Below are positions 41,700-54,705 of a DNA stretch of 64,000 bases, one piece after another (position 1 is the stretch's first letter; each line of letters opens with the position of its first letter). This DNA comes from the human T2T-CHM13v2.0 reference genome, Homo sapiens. The stretch lies in assembly GCF_009914755.1 (NCBI RefSeq), contig NC_060944.1, one strand, 5' to 3'. Position numbers and translations under genes: made by a program. The notes below the pieces were generated by a model, which was not told where the DNA came from, did not search any database, and was given only the letters and a program-made list of their open reading frames with translations.

Positions 41700-41905
41700 C
41701 ATAAGTCCCACAGGGCTTGGTGGGGGACAAAGGAAACTAATGAGAACATGAAACTTAATGCTGCTTGCTGTGTGGTGAATAACAAAGTTCTTTGTCTCTG
41801 ACCCAGAAGTTTCATGTCTTCTGCCAGCATCTATGAAACTGTGGCAGTCTACCTTGTGAGCCTCCAAATAAGGTAAAATCTTAGGCCTTTCATAGTTATT
41901 GATAG
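41700..41905 (+). mobile_element. ERV LTR 3' fragment (subfamily uncertain)
   Basis: aaagttctttgtctctgacccag...catgtcttctgccagcatctatgaaactgtggcag. Confidence 0.5.
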
Positions 41906-44900
41906 ACAGTTTCAAGTGGGCAGTAAGATTTTTGTGGAGGGAGCAGTCAGTATCATCAAATCTGAAAAGAGAAGTATAAGGCCTGCGATGCACCCTTTGG
42001 CTATAGCAATGAGGAAAGCACTGGGGACATTTACAAGGGCCACTCCTTGGAAGAGGTGGCACTGAAGAAAGCCTCATTCCAAGTGTAGACGTCCCATTTA
42101 AAGAATGTGGCTAGGAAGGGGATAAGAGAATTAAGAAGGCAACTAGGGGGTGGGGAGGCAATTCAAAAATAATTCCAAGGGCATTTTATTTCATTGATCT
42201 CATGTAGATTTGAGAAATTAAAATATACTTAAGTATCTGGTTCAGCGGCCAATAAATTTAGAAGTGTATAAATATATGCTAAATAAAGAAATCTGTTTTT
42301 AAATAGAAAGCCTCCTGTATAGAAGGAAAGGCTGGAGTGTAACCCAAGGTGACAGGGCCATGAGGTAGGCATGGAAGAATGAGCCCAGGACTGAGAGACA
42401 GGACCTATGTTTCTTCACACCATGCTTCTGCTGCTCACTGCCTGTGTAATTCCGAGGATGTCATCTACCCATCTAAGGCTCAGTCTCCTCACCTATAAAC
42501 AGGGCTACAATCACATCTAACTGAAAGACTGGTTATGAGAATTAAATACATCCTATGTGTAAGCACTTAGTAAACATCAGCTGTTATACATAGTATCATT
42601 ACATTATCATCATTGCTTAGTTGCAGCGTGACCACTAGATTGTCAACAGAAATGCCACACAGAAGGGATGCCTGGTTCAGATGCAGGCAGGTAGGTAGGA
42701 GGAGGAGCTGGTCCCCAGAACACTCACAGCCTCAGAGGCCAGCAGCAGCCCTGCAGGAGCAAGGAAACAGGTTTACTGGGCGAACCGGCTGCAGTAAAGA
42801 CTGATATGCCTCCTCAGCTCATCAACCCTGTTGCAGCTGCTGGAGTGCAGGCAGGAACCTTTTCCTATGAGATTCAGATCTGCTCCCAGTCCAGTGAATG
42901 CAATTTGTCTGAAAACATACACTGTCCCTACAGAGATCTGCACAGGGCGTTTGGACACATGGCTTCATTTCTGAGACTCTTCAAATGTTATTTGTCATAA
43001 AAACCCCTCGTGGATTGAATCCTTTGTAGGGAGGCCTGAGAGTCAGCTCCATGGTGGGGCTGACAGACTCTGCTCTGGAGTCCCTGAGTAATTCAAGGAA
43101 AGAGCCCCATCCACCATGCTCCTTGATAAAGATAGGAGGACACACATAAAATATTTCTAAACATGCTTCTGGATGAGTAGTGTCTGGTGGTGATGATGGG
43201 GGTGTGGGAAAAACCTGTGTCCTCACTGTTGGAATTAGCTATGCCAAACCCAGCAAAGGCTTCTTCGTATACTAGGAGTATTCTGTAACTGGGAAAAAGT
43301 GACCATTTTTCTTTTTTTAATAGCATTTTGTTTATGTTAGTTTCCTGTATTCATCTTAGAATATTTGGATAAAACAGAAAAGAATAGCGATGAAAATAAA
43401 AAGCTTCATAATCTATTATTACAATCAAGTGTCTTAATATGTATTTCATGGAGTTATAGGAGTGTCTATGTATATACATATGTATATACAGATTATATAT
43501 ATTTATATATTATGTACATGAGCATGTATATGTGTATATATTTTTTCATAAAGCTTAATATTATATGACTCTATAACTCATCCTTTTCACTTACATGTTA
43601 TGAAAATGTTAAATATACTTCTAAAATCTGATATTTAATGATACCATTCCCTCATTTACTTAATCAGTCTCTTTTGCTGAAAATTTAGGTTCTTTCCAGC
43701 CTTTTGTCCTACTGAACACAATTGCAGATACATTTTTGTCCCCATCTCTAGATATTTCCTTAGGTAAATTTCCATAAGTAAATTTACTCATTGGAAAAAT
43801 ATGCATATTTAAGGCTTTGGATATCAACTGCCTAATTATCTTGCAGAAAAGATGTACACATTTATATTTGCTCTGTGCTACACTTATAATTATGTTGGTA
43901 TAGCCCCACCTAGTTGTATCCTGAATGTCATTTTTTAAATGGACTCCACAAAACTGTAGACCACTTTGTTTAGTGGCTATTCCCCTTGGAATGCACACCA
44001 TCTCCTTGCTTGAAAAATTGCTTGCAAAGTTACATGTCTGGATTCCTCAGGCCAAAGTATCACATAAGGAATAAGCAAGTTATGACTGAGCCCCTTCCAC
44101 CACAGACCACGGCATCATACACTTCACCTCAAGGAGAAATGATCCCAGGACAAGAAGAACCTGCTTATAATTTTTTACTAGCCTTCTATCATCCTTTTCC
44201 CTGATTCACTACAATTGTTCTAGGCTCATGTGTTTGCATTTCTGCATCGGTCCTGTCCATTGACTCTCATGTAGAACTTGTACTGTAATTCCACAAAAGC
44301 CAGCACCGGCAGATGGGATCTTCTAAAGACATATAAAGTTTCCAGAGGGGTGCAAAACAGGGGCATTGGCTGGTCCTCCTTTTAACTTATTAATTTATGA
44401 TCCAAAACCACTTAAGGAAAAGCAAGCTATAAAGTCCCACTCTACAGAAAAGAAGGCCAGCATTTCACCACACAGGCAACAGGGATTTATCTCAAACTAT
44501 GAATCCACTGGCTCCTTTCTAACCACTGCCAGAAAGAAGGGCCACTGACATACCTGCTATGCTGGAAACAACATCTTTATTTCCCTGAATTACAACTGGC
44601 CGAGTTGAGAAGTTACCACTTTCAGTGACTTAGTGAAATTCCTCAGCATATCTCAGAAGCTACAGCAGGAAGTAGCACTGCTACACAGTAGACCTGCTGT
44701 AGCTGTCTTATAGAGACTCTTTTGGCCATGATGGGCCTCTTTCATTTGCTTTGGAAATTCTCAGGCTAAGTCACCCCAACCTTATTATATGAGGCAGAAC
44801 AACAGCGAGAGTGCCAGCCACTCCTCTACTGCTTGGACACATCTGAAGAAACATCTCAGGAGAAACTGGCCACTGCCTTGGCCTGTCTTGGATGGTGGCT

Positions 44901-44966
44901 GCGATCCTCTCTGGGGTGGCAGGTGTGTTGATAGGTGCCTTCTTTTTGTAGAAAGATGTTAACCTA

Positions 44967-45774
44967 TGTGATGGTTAATTTTATGAGTCAACTTGACTGT
45001 AACAGAGTACCCAAATTAAACAGTATGTCTGGGTGTGTCTGTGAGGGTGTCTGGATGAGATGAGCATTTGAATCAGTGGACTCAGTAAAGTGCATGGCCC
45101 TCCCCAGCGTGAATGGGCACCATCCAATCTTTGGAAGAATAGAACAGAAAAGCAGGGGAAGAAGAGTTTGCCCCTTTGCCTCCTCCCTGACTGCTTGAGT
45201 TGGAACAGTGGTCTTCTCCTGAACTTGGACTAGAATTACACCACTGCCATTCCTGGATCTCCAGCTCGCAGATGGCAGATCATGAGACTTCTCAGTTTCC
45301 ACAGTCACATGAGCCAATTCCTGTACTAAGTCCTTTCCTTCCATATAGGAAGGACATATTATATATGGAAGGAAAAGACTTACTATGGATGGAAGTGTTT
45401 ACATCTATAAGGAAACACTTATTAAAAAAACTATATATACACAAATATATATTAATATATACTTACATATAAATATTTTCCTTAATATATTTAATAAATT
45501 TTTATAATATATATTTTATAAAATATATATTTTCTTTAATGAGTGCTATATAAAGATTATATATTTATATATACATATATTTTAAACATAAATATATTAC
45601 ATATAATTATATATTTTTATATATTATATATGTTATATAACATATAATAACATAATTTGTTATATGTATAACATATAATTATACATAACTTAGGATAACA
45701 TATAATTACATATAATTATGTTACATGATATATATTATAACATACTATATATTATATATGAAAATATATAAAAT

Positions 45775-45832
<58 letters not shown>

Positions 45833-45858
45833 TTCTCTGGAGAACCCTGACTAATACA
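44967..45858 (+). mobile_element. MLT2 (C/D-like) solo LTR with a large internal AT-rich/(CA)n expansion
   Basis: tgtgatggttaatttt...ctctggagaaccctgactaataca; TSD accta/gccta. Confidence 0.85.
45779..45829. repeat. (CA)~25 microsatellite
   Basis: Perfect CA run. Confidence 0.97.
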
Positions 45859-47129
45859 GCCTACTTCCAATTACCTTATTGCACATAAGCCTGGATTTAA
45901 CTAGCCACACAGGCATTTGTCAGATGGCACGATATAAACTGTGTACCTCCCAATATTTTCTGAAATGCAGATGAGACAGACAATATTTAGGGAAGTTTCC
46001 TTGAAAAAATAGTTACTGAATCTATTCACTTACCAGATACGTTTCAAGTGCCCCAGGATGGAAACAGATTGGCAGAGAGCAGGGGACTCTGCCATAGCCT
46101 CTTGCCCACTTCACCCCTCTCTCCCCCTTCTCCTCCCCAGACTGCTTTCTCACAGCCATCATGATGTGAAACAGGCCTGTGAAACTCACTTGTGTGCCCT
46201 CAGTAAGACTGTGGTGGGGAACATTGTTCATTGCATCATACAGTGTTTTCTTCACAGGGACTCCTGGGAACAATTCCTGTCTGGCTTCTGTGTGAACAAC
46301 AGGTAGAATTTTCCTGAGCAATTGGTTTTTGTTTATCTCACAGACATTGTGAACTGTGTATCTGACAAGTTTCCTTTATTCCACTAGTGGCTACAAAGCT
46401 GCGGGCTCTGTGTGTGACCCACCAGTTAGTAACGTGTGCAGAAATGCGGTTTTCGCATTATTACCAGCTCTGTGTATTTTCTCCTTCTATCTGGTGTTGT
46501 CCCACTTTTAATTTATGATATCTTGTCATGTTTTATGTCCCATTGAAAGCCACCTGGAAGACGTTTTGTGAAATAAGATTTGGTTTACATTGAAAAGGAG
46601 ATAAGATGTGGAAGAGCTCCATGTCATGTGTTTCCATCTGTTTTCTTCAAATATTCAGTTATGATCTCTTTAACATCCTCCCACTGACAAACCCAAGGTT
46701 CAGGGCATGCAACTAAGAACTGCCACAATAACGATCATAAAATAATTGGAAAACCCAAACAAAGTTGCTGAAAATATTGTGATGGTCCTGCCTCATTCTC
46801 ATGACCCAGCTGAGGCAATGCCATTGAAATCACACAGCTTCTTGGCAGCCTAATACACTTGAACACTAATCGTAATGAAAAGAGTAAATAACTCTACCGA
46901 ATACTGAGGTGATGTGGAGGTTTCTTATGCTCTCCTGTGGTCTGTAAGCAACCCTGGGAAGCAGAAAGAACAGGTATTTCACGCTGCTGTGCTGCTATTT
47001 GCACTCTGCTTGCTGCTAAGTGGCAAGGAAGAACTGTTGGTCCCTAGATGGGCTCTTTATGCCCAAGGATTTTTCTAACCACAGGAAATGGCTTAAATTC
47101 AAGAAAAGAAGTGACAACATGAACTTCCA

Positions 47130-47925
47130 AGAAAGTGTGTGGAGAGACAGCTAGGCAAAGGAACACATGAAAATATGTTCAGTATCATCAGTCCTCTAAG
47201 AAATGTAAATTAAAACTATAACGTGCTCCCATTACACACCTATTGAAATGCTAAAATTAAAAAGACTGACCATACTGAGTGCTGGTGAGGATATGGAGCA
47301 ACTAGAACTTTCATAGACTGCTGGTAGGAATGTAAAATGGTACAACCATTTTTTCAAACAGCTCGTTGTTCTTTAAAGTTAAACATATATCTACCAGATG
47401 ACCCTGCCATTCCACTTCTAATTCACTTTCATACCCAAGAGAAATGAAAGAATACGTCTCTACGAAGACTCACACATGCAGGCTCCCAGCAACTTCTTTG
47501 TAATAGCCAGAAACTGCCAACAACCCAACAGGTATCCATCAACAGGTAGATGGATAAACAAATAGTAGTATATCCATTCTATGAAATATTTCTTAGCAAA
47601 AGTAAGAAATACTGTTACACACAACAACATAAGTAATCCTTAGAATAATTCTGTAGGAAAGAAGGGTACATACCGCATGCTTCCATTTATATAAAATTCT
47701 AGAACATGCAAGCTAATACATACTGTCAGAAAGCAGATTGGCGGTTGCTTGTGACAAACGGGAGTGGGGAAGTCAGAAGGAAGTGATTACACATGGGGAC
47801 GGAACTTTGGACGCCATGCAAATATTCAATATCTTGATTGTGGTAATAGTTTCACATGTAAACATACAAAACTTATCAAATTATATACTTTAAACATCAC
47901 ATCTCAATTATACCTCAATAAAGCT
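47130..47925 (+). mobile_element. L1M (MB/MC-like) 3' end
   Basis: ctgctggtaggaatgtaaaatggtacaacc...tatcttgattgtggtaatagtttcaca...tacctcaataaagc. Confidence 0.85.
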
Positions 47926-47937
47926 AGTTAGAAATAA

Positions 47938-48101
<164 letters not shown>

Positions 48102-49205
48102 TAGAAATAATTATTTTCATGTTAAATCACCACAGCCACATGTAGTTAGTGGTTCCTGCACTGAACAGCATGGCTCCAACTTCTGTGCTGCCCCAAAAAC
48201 TTGCTATTTGTGCTAGTATTAATGGAAGTATGCTAATGTTATAACAAGTTACGTTTTAGTTCTATGTGTCGCCCTCTGTCCTAACCCCCACTCAAAGAGA
48301 TCCTTTCTCATCTTTCTTGGAAAGTGGGATGAACGAGCAGAAATAACAGGAAGGCAAATTCAAGCTTCAAACACTTCCCTGATGGACTTTACTAACGGAC
48401 TTATTTAACCAAAGAATAGACAGATTGCTCATTTTAGTGAAAAATTCCCATAAAAAGCGACTCTCTAATTTTACCCAGAAGTACCAGTGAATCACTGGAT
48501 ATCCAAGAACCTTCCAGTTAAGATTACATGACAACCACGTACCAAGAACCTAAGCTATTCCATTTGCCTCAGCCCTAGTAATCTGCAATTAAAAGACAAA
48601 GTTTGTTAGAGGGTAGTTGGAAAAGGTCATAGTTACAAATTCTAGTTCTGGAACTTTTAGGTTTTGGTCTGGGTTTCTGCATGTATAAAATGGTTATACC
48701 AATGCCTGACTAGCAGAATCGTAGTTAAGATTTAACAAGATCATAGATGCAGGGCACCATCAGAGGAACAGAAGTACTTTAAAAATCTCCCTTCCCTGTA
48801 CACACCAAACCATTCATCATAGCACACACTTTCTTCCCTTATCAAGGGATAAGACAGCATCGTTAGCCCAAGCTGCCCCATTTCGTAAACTCACACCATT
48901 TTGCAAATGCTGGTTAGAGCAGAAAATTCCGCAGGGGTTTGGGCCATGAGACACATCCCGCCAGACAAGTCCCAGGCCTAACCATCTGACCCCAGGAAAC
49001 TCCTCACTTACCAGCGACTGACCACACCACCCACCCCATCTCACAAGCCCAGACCTCTCCCGCCTGGACCTATAATTACCCCAGTTTGTAAGCAAGGGTG
49101 GGCTCCGGTGCTAGCTGTTGTCCCCCTCTGCATGTCTTTGTTCAATACACTTGTGTTGCCATAGAGCTGCTTCCTTCCAGTCCTTCTTTTCCCTTTCTCA
49201 TCCTA

Positions 49206-49463
<258 letters not shown>

Positions 49464-52400
49464 TTAAGAAGTAGCCCGGCTCAGTCAAGATTTCATTGAT
49501 CACTTATTATAAGTCTGGCACTGTTCGAACTTTACACGCAGAATCTCACTGAAACCTCACAGAAATCCATGAAGTGGGCAGTATCCCCATTTCACAGATC
49601 AGAAAATTAAGGCTCTGAGGGTTTACGTCATCATTTGGCACAGACACATATCCAGAGGGGGAGGGAACCAGGACGTGAATTTAGATCTGTGCTCTGTGAA
49701 ATTGGCACAAACATGCCTAGAATACACCCAAACTGATCATTGCTTCTGGGGTTGGCATTGCACAAAAGGTGAAACTACGACACTGAAAGTTAAAAGAAAA
49801 ATTGGGGGGCAGGAGGGGTGTATTCACCATAGGTGATGCTTCCCTGTAGCCTGAAGAAGCAAAATAAGAAAGCTGAAGTGAAGCACCTTTGGGCCTGATA
49901 CCTGCACACTTGGCCTGGGTGACGATGTTGATGAGGAAGATGATGAGGAAGACAAAGAGCGGAAGAGGGAGGAAAAGGGAAGGAAAGCACTAGTAGCTGT
50001 CATTCTTAGCGCTTGCCATTTGATAAGTACCACATGCAGTGTCTCTCTGCAGTAACTCACTTAACCCAATGCAGTCAGTAGTGTTATTTTCTCTATTACA
50101 CAGTGAATGAACTGAGGCACAGAGAACTCTAGAAACGTGCCCAATATCACAAGACCCCAGAGTCTTACTCTGTGATGGTGCTTTCTGAGCATGAGGGGGA
50201 GCGTTGATTCTAGGGACTGGACATAACAGGGAAAGGGTCTTTCAAATGAAAATCAGGGTGTGTATGAGCAGACAATCTTCGGATTAAGTCTATGTTTTAT
50301 ATTGGGTAACCTGGTTTCATCTCTTTCCTTTTTTGTGGAGAAGGGTCCTCACCTACCTGCACTCTACAAATAATAACAACAGTAACAGCTCTCCATTGGC
50401 TGATAAATTGTATCTAGAAGAATTGGTTTCTTCATTGAGGCACAATGAAGGATCTCTATGCCATCAATCAAATCAGTGATGAACTGGGATCACCCCCAGA
50501 ATGGAAACAAATGGAGGGTTAGGAGAGGATCAAGGAGGTTTAACAGGAGGCTTTGGCCATCTTTCTACAAGGAGTCAAATACACAGAGAGACAAATAGTA
50601 ACAATAATGTCATTTACTGAGAGCTCCTACAATGCCAGGTACTATGATAAATGCTTTGCATGCTCTATCTAATTTAACTTCATGACATTCCTATAAAGCA
50701 GACACTATTATGATTTCCCTGTTAGGCAGAAATCAAGGCTCAGCAAGTTTAATGTGCTGAAAGCTACACAGCGCTAGTGAAAGACAGAAACAAAATTCAA
50801 TCCAGGTCCACTTTAGCCCCAAACTCAGCATGTAACAAGCAGCTATGCTCCCTTGCCTCCTGGGCACTGGGAATGAGGATGGTGTCTCCAGATAGACTCC
50901 AGGGTCTGCAGAAGGGGCTCCCAGTCAGGGCTGTGCTGATGGTTCAGGTTTCTGTCCATGCTCCCAAATATTTTATTAAAAGTGACCCCTTTCCATGCTA
51001 TTTTTCCTTGATTTGAACTATTTTGTCTACCAATCTGTGTCAGCACCTATAAAGCTCAGCAAAAGCCAAGAATCTTGGAACAATTAGGCAGACTTGTTGG
51101 GAGAGCACTGGGCAGCGTGGAATTGGTGCTTGAGAAGTGGCCTGGCACAGTGAAGAGTTCATTGATCGCTTATGATGAGTCTGACACTGTTTGTAGGACT
51201 TTACACGTCATATCTCACTGAAACCCCCAAAAAATCCAGGAAGTGGGCAGTATCCCCATTTCCCCAATGTACTTTTACTCAGGTTTTTAAACTAATGACA
51301 GCAGCTCAGAGACCCCTCAGGCTACCTTTGAGCCACCATGGCTGGTGTGGTGTCAAGGACCCAAGGCCCAGGGAAAACCACCTCTATGGGCTTTTCAGAG
51401 TTGAAAATTCCTGCATCTAGTCAACTTGACAAATGCCATGCTGCTCTGATTGTCTGAAATTGTTTCCTTTTGGCTCTCCTGTATAATTTTATGAAGTTAT
51501 TTTTGGAACTATCAGTTCAAATCAATTCTTAAAATGGGAATAGAGTGAACCTTGGAAGCCTGTTCATGCCACAGGCTTAAAGGGGGAGTGAACACATCCA
51601 CCCCAGGTGGGGAGGGAGTGCAGAGTCTTAGCTCCAATGCTGGGAAACTCTGTGTTTAGTTTTACAAAGAAATGCTCTTCCCTTACCCTTCGAGAAAATG
51701 GTTTAACCTCTGGGATATGTACAATTAGCAATGAATCTTTTCTGGATCAATGTCCCCAGCATGCCTCTGACTCCTCTCCACTTCGTCCTTCTCAGCAACA
51801 GACCTTTTGCCTTGATTCTTTCATCTTCAATTCCTCTTCTTCCCTTCCTTCTAGGTTCAGTGGTAGAGAGTTTAGATGTTTAATGGCTCCTAGTGTGAAT
51901 ATTCTGGGGAAATACTGGCAATTTACAGCAGAGATAATGAACGCATGCACCTACAAGAGCCAGTTATGTAAATTAATAAAGTCGTTCAGCTGTAAAACAA
52001 AACAAAAATACCACCTCCTTGCCCCATCTTTTACTTTCCCACTTTTGATAGAGACTTGAGAAAAATAAAGATTTCTTTATATAAGAAAAGCAATGTTGTA
52101 AGCACAATAACTGGTATCCACCAGTAGCCTCAGCACTGAGGAGAAAATAAGGAGTGGTGAGGACTGGAGGGAACTGGAGAGAGACTCTGAAAGGGGACAC
52201 TGAAAGGGGGCAGCTCCTACTTAAATTCAGCAGAGGAAGGCCAGGCATGCATGCTTTGTATAGCGGTGTCAAACGTCTGATTTCTCCAGGCCAGTAAGAA
52301 ATCCAGACTTTATATGAAATCTCTCACTCTAAACTCAACGTGTTATTAAAACACAGTACAGGCTTAACAAAACATGTGTACATGCAGGCTCTATCAATCT

Positions 52401-54053
52401 GCGGTCCCTGATATGTAGCTCTTATGAAAGTCCTCTGCAACAATTTCCACTAGCCAGTCTCACCCGATCCAGCCCCATACATTCAGGGATGCCCCCACCA
52501 CTCCATGCGGTACGCGGTGGGCATCACATGAAGGCCAACCCCGAGTACAGTTCCCAGCACAGGAGCTGATCTAGGCTACCCTCTTCTTGCTCAAGACCCT
52601 TGTCTCTGCTCCTTGGGGCTCTGGGTCATCCTTGGCTCATGACAGGCAGTGCTCTCTGGTGATTGTGCTTATGTGGGGGGCCTGTATGGTCCTCTTCCCT
52701 GCGTTCCTGGCCTCTCTGACCCTCCTTTTTCCATGCCCCCAAACGGCCTGCTCATCAGCCGCAAGCTCTCTCAACTGTCACCTTCCCCCAGCATCTGCTG
52801 CTCTGGGAGAGAACTTATATTCCACGAGCTTCAAATCACTCATCTTCAGCCAAACATGGTTGACCTTGGTACCCAGGTCAGCCATCGGCTCGTGGTTCTA
52901 AGCACTTCCTACTCACTCCACACTGAGACCCAATTCCCCCCAGATGGGATGCCACTGAATGGGCTTAACAGAAGACTGGCTGTGCATTTGGGGCAAAAAT
53001 GCCTTGACGTTAGTGACATTTAGACGCCTACAGATGTCAGTGCAGCATCTGAAGACATATTATTGTGCCCTTTATCTTGCTCTTTAAACCTGACAGTGCT
53101 CAGTAGGAAGCCACACAATTGTGGAGAAAGCCCAGTACGCACATTAGAAACATGTTGCAGATGCTCTGTGGGCTCGGGGACACGGCCCCACAAGATTGTG
53201 AGGGAGAAAGAAAAGTCAACTTAGAAGCTAGAAACTTTGAAACGGAGTGGAAAAATCATACTGACATTTATCTTACACAGTTATAACTGCCTTGGCCCTG
53301 CTAATGGCTAACACTGAGAAACAGCAACAGAGGGTAACTAAGGATAGAATACTTTTAGAATAACACAAAAATGTTAAATGGGCTATAAAATATAGATGAG
53401 AGGCTTCCGTTTGTAAGAGAAAATAATTTCTTTGAGTATTATGCCTGTCTTTTGGTTACTGTTTTGGGAGCTTGGAGGCAATTATCTACAGTTCTAATTT
53501 CAGTGCCAATCAATTGAAGATACAATTGCAAATCAGTCACTCGCTCCCTGGAACTTTTGGAATACTTAGTGGAATCACTTATTGATAAACTCTGACCATA
53601 TGTTAATAGAAAATATGTTTTAGAGGACAGAAAGGGATAATTAAAAAGACTTTATGTCCACAGGCTTTTTTGAATTGAACGCATATATTTCAATATAGTT
53701 CAATTTTTAACCATCTATGAGTGAAGTCATAAATTCTAAGACTGGAGGCTGGGGAAAAGCACCTTTAGTCTAAAGGAGAGTTCAGAAGCTACTATCCACT
53801 TGCATGACAGGTAATCCCTGTAAGCAGTCCCTGGGGCCCACAGGGCCCCTCACCAGGCAGCCTGCTCAGTTCTTCCCAGGCTCTCACCACCTTGCTTAAG
53901 CTACAAATCTGTGAGTGCACTATCTCCGATGCCTGACTCTTAATCCAATTTATCAAATGAGACCAGTTGGCTCTGCCTCCTAAATGGATCGCTAATCTCT
54001 GCACCTCTATCCACCTCTATGCTCTAAGTTTCTTCATTGTCCTGCTCATAATT

Positions 54054-54473
54054 TGTCATGGTCTGAACTGTGTCTCCCCCAGATTTATCTTTTGATATAT
54101 GACCCCAACCCCCAGTATCTCAAATGTTCCTATTTTTAGCAGCAGGGCCTTTAAAGACATGATTAAATTAAAATGAGGCCTTTAGGGAAAGCCCTAATCC
54201 AATCCAATCTGACCAGTATTCTCAACAGAGGAGGACATTTGAATGCACCGGGAGACACCAAAGGATTGTAAGTACAGAGGAATGACCATGTGAAGCCTCA
54301 GCAAGAAGGCAGCCACCTGCAAGCAAAGAAAGAGCCTCAGGAGAAACTACGGTGGCCAACACCTTGACCTTGAACTGCCAGCCTCCAGAACTGTGAGAAA
54401 ATAAAATACATTTAAGTTGCTTAAGCCATCCAGTCTGAGGGGTTTTGTTATAGCAGCTTTAGCAAACTAACGC
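54054..54473 (+). mobile_element. MLT1A/MST-like MaLR solo LTR
   Basis: tgtcatggtctgaactgtgtctcccc...ccagcctccagaactgtgagaaaataaa...gcaaactaacgca. Confidence 0.75.
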
Positions 54474-54483
54474 ACTGTCTGTG

Positions 54484-54705
54484 CATATAATTATATAATC
54501 ATATCATATAATTATATAAGCATATCATATAATTATATATGATATGCTTATATAATTATAAATGTATATATGATATATAAATGTAAATTATATGATTATA
54601 TAATTATTTATATACTATAACTCACATTTATATAATATATACTTCTATATAATGCTTGTACAATTATATAATATATAGATTATAATAATATAATCATATA
54701 ATTAC
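54484..54705. repeat. AT-rich low-complexity tract containing a perfect palindrome
   Basis: TA-rich; inverted arms 54507-54531 / 54536-54560. Confidence 0.9.
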
